From Hormiphora californensis (Eukaryota; Animalia; Ctenophora), in the NCBI GenBank assembly GCA_020137815.1, contig CM035357.1, positions 124,001-188,000 on the forward strand: 64,000 nucleotides of DNA, given 5' to 3'. Position numbers and translations under genes: made by a program. The notes under the pieces were generated by a model. That model saw only the letters and a list, made by a program, of their open reading frames with translations, was not told the DNA's origin and did not search any database. Positions 17,701 through 39,514 of this stretch are shown piece by piece (the first letter of the stretch is position 1; the number at the start of each line of letters is the position of its first letter).

Positions 17701-20700
17701 TGCTCTCCTGTCTCCCATATGTTGGACCAATCATTGCCCTCCTCATTCTACACCACTTGTTGAAGCTGCTGATAGTTCGATAGTAGATAAACGGGTTCGC
17801 TGCAAAGTTACAGTAGACCAAATACACGGCAGCACGGTGAAACTGTCCGAACCAGTCAGTTCGCTGGGACGATATAGGGAGGGCCTGTCGGAGGAGATGG
17901 TAGATCCCGTAGGGGGTATAGGAGACAACAAACACAGTAGAAACTACGAGGACAGTTTGTAATGACTGCTTTTGAAGACCCCGTACTTTGTGTAGGTGAC
18001 ATAGCAACCAAGATGTCGTTGTTACAATAATAACCATGGCAACGGCAGGGATTCCAATCTTCAAGATGCTGAGGAAGGTGTCCAGAGAAGGGGAGGATTT
18101 GTATAGCTTGCACTGGTGTGTCTCTATGTAGTGGAAGTAAGGGTAGAGATCACTAATAGTACCATCAGTTAGCTGTACCACTAAACTAATATACACCACG
18201 TTTAGTAACACCACTCCCACCCATGGTATAATAACAATCCCCAGCCCTAGTTGGGTGGTCCTCAACAGTGCTCCTAGTGGGTTGAGTAGTGTACTCAGTT
18301 TACTGATACTAAGTGAACACATCATCCATATATCGAGAACCCCACAGCTGTATGCTAAACACTTCTCAGTCCAGCACCAATACCAGGATGTGTAGGATGC
18401 TCCCTTGGTTACCAGGCCAACGACAATCATTATACCATATAAGGAGTGAAGGAGATCCGCAGCAGCTAAATTCTTGATCAGCACCACTGAGACTTTATCT
18501 AGTCGTATAGCGTGGTATCTGATGGTTGCTATGAGGACTAGGGTGTTACCAAGGAAGTTGATGAGAGATGCAGATCCGGTCCAGAGGACAAGGAGGTACC
18601 GCTCTATCTCACTACACTCGTTATAGGTTGTCATGCTGTGTTCAATCTACAGGGGATTAAAGTTGTGCAACATATTTAGCAAATAATTGGTTGTTGCAAA
18701 ACAAAATAGAATCATCAGTTTTTAGAGGGGGTGTGGTGTGGACCAATGATGCGATTACAGTAGTTTCTAGTTGGTCCTATAGTTGTAACAGTATCTCTGA
18801 AGCAATTACTTAGCTGCAGATGTGGGATGGGCCACACTTCACACTTCACAGCAGAGTGGGCTACACTTTACAGCTCACAGCAGAGAGAGGTATATCTGGC
18901 AGCAAAGGTCTCAACATCTAGATCTAAAGCAACAATCAAGTAAAGGACACTACTACTCAGTGGTGTGCCGGTGCAGATGGTTTAATTGGTAGAGTGTGGT
19001 GACAGCAGAAACAGAGATGAGAGAGAGAGAGATAGGGCACACAAAGGTAGTACAACAACAGGCCGGGTTGATACAAGAGAGAAAGAGGGATACAGCAGAT
19101 GGTCACCACCCCCTCACCAACCCCCCGTTTACCTGGAGTGTCAACAAACTAGGCGGACCTGGTCAAGAGCTCAAACAACATCAAACTATCTCTCCTTTCC
19201 AAAGAGAGAGAGAGAGAGAGAGAGGGCCCTCGAGGGAGGGGTAAAGACATCTGCTACACATTGTTTTACTGTTAGCGGATTAGCGGATAGTATGGCTCAG
19301 TTAGTAACGGTACAACATGTGATATAATTGGGTGGTTTAACTTATGCAGCATAATGAGTCTACCTTTGTCTCTCATTTCTCAGCTGCTATGCACAGCGGT
19401 CATCAGAAAATTATTCTAGAATAACTCGTCCCCTCTTTCTCTGTTCAATATCTCCCTGTCTTTGTTTCTGGTCATCTATCTCCCTGTATTTCTCTCTGCT
19501 AAATATCTCCTTCCCTTGACCCTCTCGTCTCTTCTTCGACACACGCAATTCACCTTCCCTACAGCTCTCTACTCAAGCACTAATTTCTCAGGCATCTCTC
19601 CACAAATCCAGGATTCTAATTCCGAGGGCTTCTAGAACATTGTCATGCCCTTTTGTCACATACCCCCACTGGCTATGTCACATACCCATCCTCCCCACTG
19701 GCTATGTCACATACCCATCCTCCCCACTGGCTATGTCACATACCCATCCTCCCCACTGGCTATGTCACATACCCATCCTCCCCACTGGCTATGTCACATA
19801 CCCATCCTCCCCACTGGCTATGTCACATACCCATCCTCCCCACTGGCTATGTCACATACCCATCCTCCCCACTGGCTATGTCACATACCCATCCTCCCCA
19901 CTGGCTATGTCACATACCCATCCTCCCCACTGGCTATGTCACATACCCATCCTCCCCACTGGCTATGTCACATACCCATCCTCCCCACTGGCTATGTCAC
20001 ATACCCATCCTCCCCACTGGCTATGTCACATACCCATCCTCCCCACTGGCTATGTCACATACCCATCCTCCCCACTGGCTATGTCACATACCCATCCTCC
20101 CCACTGGCTATGTCACATACCCCTCCTCCCCACTGGCTATGTCACATACCCATCCTCCCCACTGGCTATGTCACATACCCATCCTCCCCACTGGCTATGT
20201 CACATACCCATCCTCCCCACTGGCTATGTCACATACCCATCCTCCCCACTGGCTATGTCACATACCCATCCTCCCCACTGGCTATGTCACATACCCCCGT
20301 GACATTGGAACCCTACAAATTAGAAACCCAAATATATTTCTATGCTTGACTGAGTCAACTGATGATACATCGTTAATTCAACTAATTTGAAATAATAGAG
20401 CTGGATCCTAAATCAAAAGGGGCCGCCGGCCGAACGGATGGTAAATTATTAAAAGAACTGTCTGCTAATATTATATACAAGTCAGGTGCCATTTACTGGA
20501 CCGGAGGCTGCAATATATTTTATATTATCTGAGTTCAATCCAACATGTGTTAAAATTTTCTCTCCATGCTCTCTGAAATTCACCTAAAATTATAAACAGG
20601 TCTTTGGTTGCCTGGTGAGTTAAGTGGACTACCTTGTGCACCTTGTAATATTACTATTCTGGTTGGATTCTCAGCTGGACTAATACCTTACTGCACCTTG

Positions 20701-23654
20701 TGCTACCACGTGAGTGAGTATTCAAGACATGACCATTGTTTAGCTATTTTATTGCAAAATGGTTCTCTACTCAATATAATATTTCTCCAGCTGGTATTTG
20801 TCTACGTAAAACAAATGGACAAATAACAAGAGCTTCTGTTCTCACAACTCACGGTACTCACTGCATTCACGGTACTCAACTTTGAACTCCCTAACAACCC
20901 CAAACAATAGTTACCTCTAAACTCTCCAAACTCTCAATTATTGCTACTAACCTCTCCATTGTGGCTGTTCCTGGCGTCTAATTTGCCACTACTCCACCCA
21001 GTAATTAACTCAGGTACTCCATCTCCATCCAGATCGTAGGAGAAGATGGACACAGCCTGGTTCTTACTCTTTATCCGCCAATATCTGGGGGAGTTGGTGA
21101 TTTAGAATACGAGGCACAGAGAGAGAGAGAGAGAGGGTCTGGAGGAGTTGGATGTGTTAACACAGAGAGAGCACTAGGATCTAAAAACTGCTAAATACTA
21201 ACATGTGGTCTTGGTGTGGTCTTGATGTGGATTGTGATAGTGGGAGGAAAATTATTGTCAATCAAATCATAGTACCTGTTGTTCCGATCGTAAACTCCGA
21301 CAGTCCCATTAGCAAGCGCGTACCCGAACCTACTGCCGTGCATTGATGTCAGGGAGGTTACACTTTCCGTTTCAGTAATCTCTGCTATCATCTCGTCACC
21401 GTGGAACACTCTGATCTCATAGTCCTCAGATCCCACCAGCAGCTCGTTAATATTGTCCTAATTAATTAATAATTAGTGTTGTCCTAATTAGGGGGGGCGG
21501 GGGTAATTAGTAACTAGTGTAAGGTTATTTTGGGTCGAATCGTGTTTTTTAAACCGCACGTGTTTTCTGAAGACCATTAATATAAGTTGGTTCGATTTGA
21601 AAGAATTGCAATTTAATCCATAGAACTACTTCACAGCTGCAGTATGTGTGAAATGTTGTGGTATAAAATTGCCTTTCAAATCACTCAGGCCTCAGCATTG
21701 CACAACCATGTTTATACCATGACAGAGGTGTGTTAAATAAAACACAGATCTCTGTGGCCTAAGAGTGGTATTAATCAACACCATCTCTCTTCCATTGAAA
21801 TAAGTTGGTCACGGTCAGGTGAAAATTAAATGTGTGGGCAATTTAATAATTTCTTTGTTTGGAAATCTCGTTTTAAATGCATATATATAGTGACGCACGC
21901 ACTATTTGCCAAAACAAAATTATTGAATTTATTATTGAGGAGGTATATTATTTCAACTTTTAATATTTAAACACATTCGGTGATCATGAATTTTTCAAAG
22001 TCATTTGTTTGGTAATAAAAAACATCCGGTAAAGTTATCTTATTTCATAACAATACTTGCACAACAACCGGTCTCTACCTTACTAAACACATAATCAGGG
22101 CGGGGTTAATGCCAGGAGCTGAGGCGGGGTGTCGAGGGATCTACAAGGTTACTTTCGGGGTTTTAGAGCATTATCTACCTGATTATAGTCAAGTAGGGCA
22201 AGAGAGCAGACATTATCTCCTGTAACCGTCCAGAACTTGTCATCTCCTTCAATATCAAAACCTGGACAAAAGTGATGGTCAGAAACTTTCAATAATAACT
22301 TATCGTTCTAGAATTACTGGGCCCAAAAAGAGAGAGGGTTGACTATACAATAAAGTGTAACCATGCAGTTGAATTGACACAAGAGCGATTGCCATGGGCG
22401 TGAACCCTATAACACACGAGGGCCAATCAGTTGGTGATAGTTGGTTACTTTGATATATAAAACATATTATAATCAACATTTATTTCTAGCGCCTTTCCGA
22501 CTGGTAGTTTTATAGATAACAACATATCAGTGTGTGAATTGCAATTATACCAAATGTTTCTAGGGACTGAAAGACAATGGAGCTGTTTGCTATTATCCCT
22601 TACTGAATACAATGAGAGATTCTATATATCGGGCGGTGGTGGTGGTGGTGGTCACAACTCACATAGTTATAGTTTTGAGGGGGTGTGCCTTGAATCTAGT
22701 CCATGTGAGCACTGCAATATTGCTAGAAGTTCTGTATTTAGGACCAAATAACAAATGCAATAACAACAATTGGTTCACGAATAACAATTTCTGATAATTA
22801 CCCGAGATGGAGCAGTTTCCGCCCACAAACACAAGAGGTTTATCATTGTCAGCAATGTATCCCCGTGCTATAGTGTTTATCCCGTCTGGACACTCCCTGA
22901 TAGAAGGGGGGTTCAGACTTGTTGTTCAAATACAGCACACCAAACGAGCTTACTACTACATACTATAATAGAGTGCCTGGACTTGCAGGTGGGCGGGGTG
23001 GAAGGGCGGGGTGGAGCGGCGGGGTGGAGGGGCGGGGTGGAGGGACTTGACATTGTGTTCAGTACCTGTAAAACAGATCAGAGTTGTTGTGGACATCGTA
23101 TGCTAGGAAGTGTGTCTGAGATCCTACGAAGAGGGTGTCCTTGTTGTCCGCACCAAGTGATCCCGCACTCATAGCAGTCACCTGAAAACGTGGGAAACAG
23201 TTGCTATTTAGTTGGTAATACCATTGGTAGACGGGCATCAATTCCTTAACTCCTTTTAAGATATTTTGCCAAGTGAGACAAATTGGAGATGCACCGGTTG
23301 TGTAACTAATCACCTGATTACACACACACCCTATTACCTGTTGGCCAATGTTCAGAAAATACAAGTCTGGAACAGCACCAGTATCAGTCGTTACCAATCT
23401 TCCACCTTTCATATCACTACCCGTGAATGGGTTATGGACAAACACCTGAAAGCAATAACGTGTTTTATGAAGGAGCACTGTTTAGAGTCAGGATATTTAT
23501 GAAGGAGCATTATCAATATTTATGAAGGAGCAATTACCTTTCCCGCGGATGTAGCACATGCCAGATTAGGGTTCACCCCATCAAATCTTCCAATAGCAAC
23601 CCTTCTCGGGAGAATCTTTTGCTTGAGCTTGAGGGTGAAGAGAGGGGCGAGCAT
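11281..23654 (-). CDS. BBS2: Bardet-Biedl syndrome 2 protein (BBSome subunit)
   Basis: Exons 23654-23538, 23445-23338, 23181-23066, 22896-22802, 22261-22179, 21457-21276, 21084-20952, 17134-17030, 16144-15986, then garbled exons ~14200-15300, then ~14155-14069, ~13602-13522, ~13320-13188, ~12686-12518, ~11818-11743 and 11409-11281. Diagnostic peptides: [114 protein letters not shown]. Confidence 0.95.
15703..15980. repeat. Degenerate minisatellite of overlapping X-box-like motifs (GTTACTATGGTAAC, GTAACCATGGTAAC) in a BBS2 intron
   Basis: Repeated atggtaac / gttaac units starting right after the donor of exon 16144-15986. Confidence 0.85.
17645..18634 (-). CDS. Intronless rhodopsin-like (class A-like) 7TM GPCR nested in BBS2 intron 17135-20951
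   Basis: 329-aa ORF with about seven hydrophobic segments, GN in TM1 (LGNTLV), NLAAAD in TM2, SYTP in TM6 and NPFIY in TM7. DRY is replaced by SKL. Confidence 0.88.
   Translation of the reverse strand: MTTYNECSEIERYLLVLWTGSASLINFLGNTLVLIATIRYHAIRLDKVSVVLIKNLAAADLLHSLYGIMIVVGLVTKGASYTSWYWCWTEKCLAYSCGVLDIWMMCSLSISKLSTLLNPLGALLRTTQLGLGIVIIPWVGVVLLNVVYISLVVQLTDGTISDLYPYFHYIETHQCKLYKSSPSLDTFLSILKIGIPAVAMVIIVTTTSWLLCHLHKVRGLQKQSLQTVLVVSTVFVVSYTPYGIYHLLRQALPISSQRTDWFGQFHRAAVYLVYCNFAANPFIYYRTISSFNKWCRMRRAMIGPTYGRQESNSTVNSTYNHTVVSTTGV
19654..20298. repeat. 29-bp minisatellite, ~22 near-identical copies
   Basis: Unit ccactggctatgtcacatacccatcctcc; period 29 (ggctatg at 19671, 19700 ... 20280). Confidence 0.97.
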
Positions 23655-23885
23655 GTTCCGACTTCTATCAGATCATTCTAGAATTTGCTATTTTCTGTCA
23701 GTATTTAAGAATTTGATTCTTCAACGAATAGAGGAATTCTGTGAGTATTTAAAAATTTGATTCTTCAACGAATAGAAGGCGTGATTTGGACGATTCCAGG
23801 AAACCATTCAGGAACATGTCAAAGAGTTAAATTGTGACAGAGATTTTATACCTTGTCATATTAAACTAGTCTGGTGTCTGCACTG

Positions 23886-23991
<106 letters not shown>

Positions 23992-24580
23992 TCCGTTTCT
24001 TCAGTTCTAGAACATGATGTTTGGTGATATTTTGAGGTAGATAGATCAGTGTAGACGGGTTACACACTCACGAGGCGTCATATGAATAATAATATGGCTT
24101 CTTTATACAGTATTTACAAAGTAATATTTACACATAATAACTTACACACACTTGTATTGCATCTACCTGTGTAGTGATGTGATTCTGACATTAGAATATA
24201 CTGGTATGAAAATAAACATATTGTATTGGTCATCGTGTGTCATTTAGTCGGTCAGTAATCATAATCACCCGTTTACACCATGTCACTTTTAAATACCATA
24301 ATACCATATTATATTGTTGAGGGGAAATCAATAATAAAACATGCCCATTACGTCATAATTACATGTGTCTGATTTTAACTAATAGATCAGTTATACGTCA
24401 ACTGAACAGCATACACTCAGTCGCACAGATCTCGGATCTTGTATGCTAGGGGTGAATACTTGACTTCAGAATCAAGAACATCCGATGAAACCATAAACTG
24501 TAGAGCATTTTGTGCCTGAAATGGAACATTATCAGAGGCTAAAGGCTTCAAACTGGAGTAGGGACGGTCCCGATCTCGGA

Positions 24581-32632
<8,052 letters not shown>

Positions 32633-33441
32633 CTGGATGCTGGGCGGCGATGAGATAATGATAAAGATTGGGAAAACCGTGGTTGAAACTGGGGGGGGTG
32701 GCCATTTGTGATTTGGAGACAAAGAAAAAACACGGGGTTTTTTAATTTAACAACAGCTTTGAACACACCCAATGAAAATAATTTGCTTGTTTTTGTAGTT
32801 TATATAGAATTTTATGCGAAACGATAAACAATAATATAGAAATTGAGCAATGTCACTTCTTACAGTCGGCTACTAGAGGGAGGGGGAGACAGATACTAGA
32901 CAGTCGGCTACTAGGGGGGGGGGGAGGAATCATATTTAAAGGAAATGTTAAATGTTTAATAATGGTTAAAATAAGTTACTAAAGAATCTAGATCGATATA
33001 TTTTAGTCGTCATTCGAAAAACATAACATTCTGATCAAATATTTTAGTATGGTGATCAAGAAATTGAAATTGAACACATTTCTCTCTCTCTTTGAGAAAA
33101 TCTACGTCAAAAAGGGGGGGTTATCGGGGCTACTCTGCTATATATGAAAGGTAACAAATGAATAACAAAAACGGCTTTTATCTTTCTTTTTCTCCAGTTT
33201 CTCAAAAAACAGTAAACCAGGCCCCTGTGTATATTGTAAAACCAGGCCAAATAATAACTTGTGGCAACCAGCGCCTTTAAACAGTAAACGTCCCTTCTCA
33301 ACACCACCCTTTATGAAAAAACCCTCACTTCTACCACAATCTGATAAGCATGGCGTCTCTCCCGAGTCCCGTCTGATGTTGTCTTCAACACGAAACATGT
33401 GTATTATCTAATAGTCAGTATATAAGGGTAGAAGCTATGTT

Positions 33442-36400
33442 TCAGAGGAGGCAACCAGGGGAGGAGGGGGAGGTTGAGAGCTAGATGAGTCTGCCCTGAC
33501 TCTTTTTAACAGGATATCTAACTTCAATGCTATCTCTGCATTGCTTCGTCTCAGTTCTGATATTGCGTGGTCCTGGGGAGAGATATTATCATGTTATGGT
33601 TTTCATGTGGTCACAAATCTAAAAACACGGGAAAATACAAAAGACGGAAAACGCAGAAAATATTTCCGATCCTACATATATTGTGTACAGGACGTGTTTC
33701 TCCAGATCCAGGTTTCTTTAAATGCAGTGTATACTAGTACCTGTTTCTCGAGGTGACATGACATTCGTTCTACCACCAGTGTCGGATCTACAACCCCAGT
33801 TGGGGATGATGTCATAGATTGAGCGTCAGCTCCCTCAGGGTCTTCATCCTCTCGACACACCCTCGGTCTTCCTGCAGGGGAGGGGGAGGGGATAGAAACA
33901 TGTTGTTCTGGGGGTCCTTCACGAAACATTTAGGACCGAAGTTAGGACCGGTCCCAGCGTAGTTAGGACCAAAATTTGCAATGTGGCTTTCACGAACGGC
34001 TAAAGTTAGGACCGTTTTTAAAGAGTTAGGACCGGTCCCAACTTTCGGTCCTAACTCCGGTCCCAGCTGTGTAATTCGACACTTTAATTGCGTGATGCCC
34101 CACGTGACTACCTTTCCCGCGGTCCTAACTATCAAAAAAGATCCCAACTCTCTAATTTGCGGTCCCAACTCCGGTCCCAACCACTAGGATTTTGGTCCTA
34201 ACTCTCCCTAGAGTTAGGACTGGTAAAAGCTGTCCTAACTCTCATTTGGGACCAAAATGCGGTCCTAACTTTGACAGGTGAAGCCATAATGTGCATTCGA
34301 GCACCATGAGTGTACACTTTTATGGGATCTCAGCCGCAGTTTTAATGAAAACAACACAATTCCCAAGACAACCTCCGATTGCTTCAAAGTTCAATCTCCA
34401 TAAATCAACTATTTGTGAACTCCTGAAAGAGAGAGAGAGAGAGAGAATATTGACATATTCATTGATATATTAATGCACCCTTCTGTTGAGAATGTCACGT
34501 GATCATGTTTATACTCGTGTCAGTCTATCTGATTCATAAATGGCTATTGGTGATCACGTATTTGTTTACCTATTGGTTTTCAACACTCACATGGGTCTCG
34601 TGTGATATTTAGGACTGCGTGAGGTACGGTCCTAACTTCTGTTTCGTGAAAGTCAAAATAGAGAGCTTTGGGATAATTACCCTCCCCACCTACCCCCAAC
34701 TTTTGTTCGTGAAAGCCATTTCAAAAAAGTCCTAGTGCAAAATCGGTCCCAAAAAAGTTACGACCGTAGTGTTCGTGAAGGACCCCCTGGTGGGTGGGAG
34801 GGGAATGGTTAGTCCTAGGGCCGGGGTGGGGGATAGGTTAGTCCTGGGGGTGGGGGATAGGTTAGTTACCAAGGTAATGGGTCGTACAGGGGGTGGGGGA
34901 TGGAATATAGGTTACACTACAGAACAATGCAACTGCAATTACTTGGAGAGAACCGTATTCATGAGACATATATTATACGGAAGAAACAGTTTTGCTTTCG
35001 TATATTATGTTTTACTGCAAAACATAACATTCGTTTTAGAGATCCCCCAACTTACGGCTAATATCAATGCCAGGATCCCCCCCCCCCCCCAACTTACGGC
35101 TGATATTAATGCCAGGCCAGGATTTCTGTGTGAGATATGACGTCACTAATGACTGAATAAGGTTCTGCCTCTCTTCCTCACAGTCGGGATTTAGTGTTAC
35201 TTTGCTCTGAATGTAGTACACTAGATGTGGTTCAACAACCTGCGATAGTGGAGAAATTGGAGGGAGAGAAAGGGGGAGGGGATAACGGAGTGAGGGAGGG
35301 AGAGAGGCAGAGGAAGGAGTGAGATAGAGAGATGACAGGAAACAGATATCAGCTCAGTTTTCTTGGAACAATAATTGTAGCTAGTTTAACAACTAAATGA
35401 TTAATCCTAACATGGTGTGTGTGTGTCTCAATGTTGAACAACTAAATGATGTTGCCATGTTTGAGATTCTTGTGACACCCCCTCCCCCCTCCATGTTTCA
35501 ATGTTTCAATGTTTGGGATTCTTGTGACACCCCCCCCCCCCCAATGTTTCAATGTTTGAGATTCTTGTGACACCCCCCCCCCCCATGTTTCAATGTTTGA
35601 GATTCTTGTGACACCCCCCCCCCCAAGGTTTCAATGTTTGAGATTGTTGTGACACCCCCCCCCCTTCCATGTTTCAATGTTTCAATGTTTGAGATTCTTG
35701 TGACACCCCCTCCCTCCATGTTTATTACTACACTAACCTGATCCTTGCCGCTGAACAACACTAGTTTGCTGTTATCCCCAAAGGCCCTCACTAGAGCCTG
35801 GGCTAGAAGTGAGACAGGGAGGGAGAGCAGGTTGAAGGGGATTATGGTGGGATGTAGGAGAGAGAACTCGTGGGTCAACTTGGCTGACAGAAACCTCCAT
35901 TCCATCTCAAACCTGGAAATTAGAGTGTGTAACTTGATGTTAGAAGTTAGTTTAAATAGACTTGGAAATTAAGGAATTAAAAGGAGTGCAGTGATAAACT
36001 TGATGCTGTAAGTTATAGAAACTCGATGGATGTAGTAAAACACGTACCTTCGCTTTGCTTTGCTGTATTGGTGGTTTATCATGGCAACAAGAAGCATCAA
36101 CAGGAGACCACAGGATAACAAGATGTAGATCCCAATAACTAAACTAGCCAGGATATGTGCCTTATAGTCCGTGAAGGCGTTGAGATCTACTAGTGCAAAG
36201 GTAGCCCAGAACAATGTAGTAGCGATCTTGGTGAAGTGATGGAAACCCTCCTCGAAGGTCATCTTCCCTTGTTTCTCATAGGTGGAGTAGGCTGAGAATA
36301 TCTTGGTGATAGCGATACTGAAGCTGAGGTTTAGTATCAAGAGGATAGCAAGGAACCGGACTAATTCCCACAGGAAGTACCTCATTGACACGAGGAGTGG

Positions 36401-38047
36401 GCCAAGGAACCTTGTCACCTGGAGGATGTACATGAACTGTAGGATGTGGAGAAGGGCCCCCACTGCATACATTAGATCCCCAGTGAAGATGAGGGTGATG
36501 GTGGTTGAGGAGGTCTGTTGGGATCCGGTATACACCCTCAGGACGAATATTGAGAAGAAGAACCCAAGGTAGATGATATCGAACACTAGTCGGAATACAG
36601 AAACCTTGAAGGATGTTAGTCGGAGGACCTTGTAGTACTTCAAGCTATCTGCTAGTAGTTTCCCAAGTAGCCACACCCAGGATAACTTCTCCATGGAGGA
36701 AGGCTCTTGCCTTGTGTTTTCTATGCATATACGCAACAGAATAACGAAGAAGAGGATGTGAGAGAGGACGAAGGAAAAGAAACAAAGGACGGGAGTTCCT
36801 AGGAGCTGGATAAATTTGTTCAATTTACTGAGGTTCCCAACTGTAACGCCGAATACAAAGTAGAATGGAATGAGAACGGGAGTTAGGAGGACCTTGAGGC
36901 ATGCCACAATAAATTTGATGAAGGAGCAGTGTTGCCCTAGCTCCCCCATCCACTGTTTGTTGCACACAACATGTATCCAGGGCTGCGTCAGGAACTCCTT
37001 CTCATTGTACTTTAGTGCACGTGCAAATGTGTTATCTGCATTCTTCATACACATCAATACTTCCACATCACTAGCAACTTGACAGCACCCCAGGAAGTCC
37101 TTGGCGAACAATTGGCACTGTTTGGACAGCTGGATAAATGCTGTTGCGTGTTCCTGACACACTCTAGCTGCTACTAAACACGCCTCCTCCAAATCCAATG
37201 CCATGTCTATGGGACTATTGCTGGCACACAGTACCTCAGGATCTACTAACTCTGACAGGGCCTCCAAGTTAGGCGGTGTTTCCTGCAGTTCCAGAATACT
37301 AATCTCACTCAACTCTAGATCCACCCTGACATCCAATGTCCGACACAACTCCGTATCATATAGGTTAGAGAGGACAGCGAAGGCTAGTTTCACATTGGCA
37401 CCCTTGCTCACAAGATGTTTAATAACCTCCTGGACTCGACACTCAGCTGCACACACTAAGGGGTGTTTCCTGGCGTGTCTATCCAGTTCTGTAGAGGGGT
37501 TTAACTCAGCTCCATACTCTAGCAGCAGGTCGATACATTTCACATCCCCATTCTTAACGGCACAACTGAAAGGAAAAAGTGAGTGTAAGCACTATGAGAA
37601 GAGAGTTATATGTATCGGGGGAATGTAACGGGGCATGTAACGGGTAATACTGCAGTATTAGTAGGTTGGTGGAATTGAATAGAATGTTGTATACCTTAGT
37701 GGTGTGAGGGGTTCAAGATAGAATGCACCCCTCATGTTGTATACCTTAGTGGTGTGAGGGGTGTGTATACCTTAGTGGTGTAAGGGGTTCAAGACCTTCC
37801 GTCCGGCAGAGGGAATTCACGTCAACAGTTCCACTATCCAAAATTTCTCTTAGCCCTAGGAAATTGAGAATGTTAGTGGTATATTAGTTTCATGGTTTTA
37901 CAAAATAGCTGAACAGTCCTTATATGGTCTTGTAGTCAAATCCTTACCTTCGAATTGGCCATTTCTGGCTAACTCATGAAGGGAGCGTATTTTAAGATCT
38001 GATTGTATGCTATTGTAATCTTTCTGATCGGACAGGTCCTCTGACAT
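33442..38047 (-). CDS. TRPC-like transient receptor potential cation channel with N-terminal ankyrin repeats
   Basis: Exons 38047-37948, 37855-37771, 37565-36048, 35912-35738, ~35239-35098, ~33871-33741 and ~33572-33442. Ankyrin motifs (TPLSCAVKNGDVKCIDLLLEYGA), SPIDMALDL..LSKQCQLFAKDFL, LGPLLVSM (S4-S5 linker), TLFWATF pore helix, LLVAMINHQY, TRP box EWRFLSAKL and a C-terminal coiled coil. Confidence 0.88.
33911..34786. mobile_element. Non-autonomous PIF/Harbinger-type DNA transposon (~876 bp) in a TRP intron
   Basis: TIRs GGGGTCCTTCACGAA ... TTCGTGAAGGACCCC; 3-bp TSD CTG (33908-33910 and 34787-34789); many internal GTTAGGACC/GGTCCTAAC motifs in both orientations; no transposase. Confidence 0.85.
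35455..35725. repeat. Minisatellite atgtttcaatgtttgagattcttgtgacac(C)n, ~6 copies, in a TRP intron
   Basis: Directly visible. Confidence 0.85.
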
Positions 38048-39405
38048 CTGACTAAATAGGGATTTGTTAGAGAGTGGAGCACACTGCCCCGTCATATTGG
38101 CCGCCCGCAAAAGTGTCGTCTACGACGTGGTCTACGACGTGGTCTACGACGCAGTCCGCCAACATTATTTGATTTTTCGTGCGTCTTTGACTTGGTGGAA
38201 CGTGATGTGCGGTGCTTGCCAATATGATGGTGCATCACTGGAAGCCTCAAACCGAAAAAAAGAGGGGAACCCGGATCCGGGAAACGCGGACACACAACGA
38301 GCCAAAACTAAACAACAAGGGTGCCAATAAAATTGCAAGGCTTGTTTGATTATGTACGTTACCAAAAATGCCAACTTTTAAAGCACCAAAATGGGCAGTT
38401 GACTGTTAAAACTTGAGAGAGCATCGCCGGAAAATCTTGTTTTTTGTTTTTCTTTTGAGTTTTGCAACAACTCATGTAAAAAACGAGCATGAAATTTAAA
38501 ACGCGCATTGTTTTATTTCGTATCGCGCGGCGTTAATTTTGCGCGTGCAAATTTTGATCCGCCCGATTTTAGTCAATTTTAGACAAATTTAATGGTTTCG
38601 GTTCTGATATGAGCCAATACATATTTTGAATATGAATACCATTTGGCTTTTACTGGAACAGGAATGAGGAACATAGCTGAAACTGAAAATTTCTCGACTC
38701 TCGTCGCGTCGAATCGAACACCCGCGTGACCTGTCAGGCCAATGCTCTGACCACAGACCACGAGATTTAACTATTAAAACCGATCTTATGACTTGTAGTC
38801 TATGATCTAGTCAACAGGGCTTAGTACAACTATAACGAGTCTGCCCTGCTACTAGACTGTCCAGCGCCGCCAGACAGAGCTCGAAACGGATGTTTTCTGA
38901 ACATTGACTGGATCTATCAGAGCATTGTCAGTGACAAGACTGGATTGAGAAGTGTTAAACAATCCGTTTAGGAGTTGGAAAATTGAAATATGGTTTCCAG
39001 AAAACAATATACATTGTACATCGTGGTGTACATTGTATAGGCAATGTACACAAATGTACAATTTGTATTCTCCCTACTACAAGATCACTATAATATCTGC
39101 ACTCAGTTTAACACACGGTTTTAAAGGGGCCAAAAATTGCACTTTTTGAACGGACATTTATAGAAATTTATGAAACCGAAAAATACAACTATTACTATGT
39201 ACAATATTTATATATACTGATTAATAAGATACACGATCAAAGTGGGATTGGGCAACAATCCAACAAATATATCCATTTGAATATTTTATTTGCTGAATCT
39301 GCAGCCCAAATCATATTGATCTGATTCACACACTGACTCACACACAGCTATAATTCCCCTCACAATATGACAAATCCCTTCGCCTAAATATCCCATGCAA
39401 CACCC

Positions 39406-39514
39406 CAGGAACCGACCGAAACAAGTAAACAACCAATCAGAACTCTTTATTTAGGTCACGTGACTGGTTATCAGCCAATCAGGGACCAGTATTTCCTGAT
39501 TCGGTCGGTTCCTG
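39406..39514. mobile_element. 109-bp MITE with 15-bp TIRs (possibly hAT-derived)
   Basis: CAGGAACCGACCGAA ... TTCGGTCGGTTCCTG. Flanks caacaccc / caaccctc resemble a decayed 8-bp TSD. Confidence 0.85.

Noticed and set aside
19640-20390. Three long overlapping ORFs (220-245 aa)
   Set aside because: Artefact of a stop-free 29-bp minisatellite.
11281-23654. BBS2 as a pseudogene
   Set aside because: Lesions are confined to one noisy stretch; all other exons have intact frames and splice sites.
23792-23804. BBS2 promoter X-box GATTCCAGGAAAC
   Set aside because: Only a weak 13-bp match; not enough to call.
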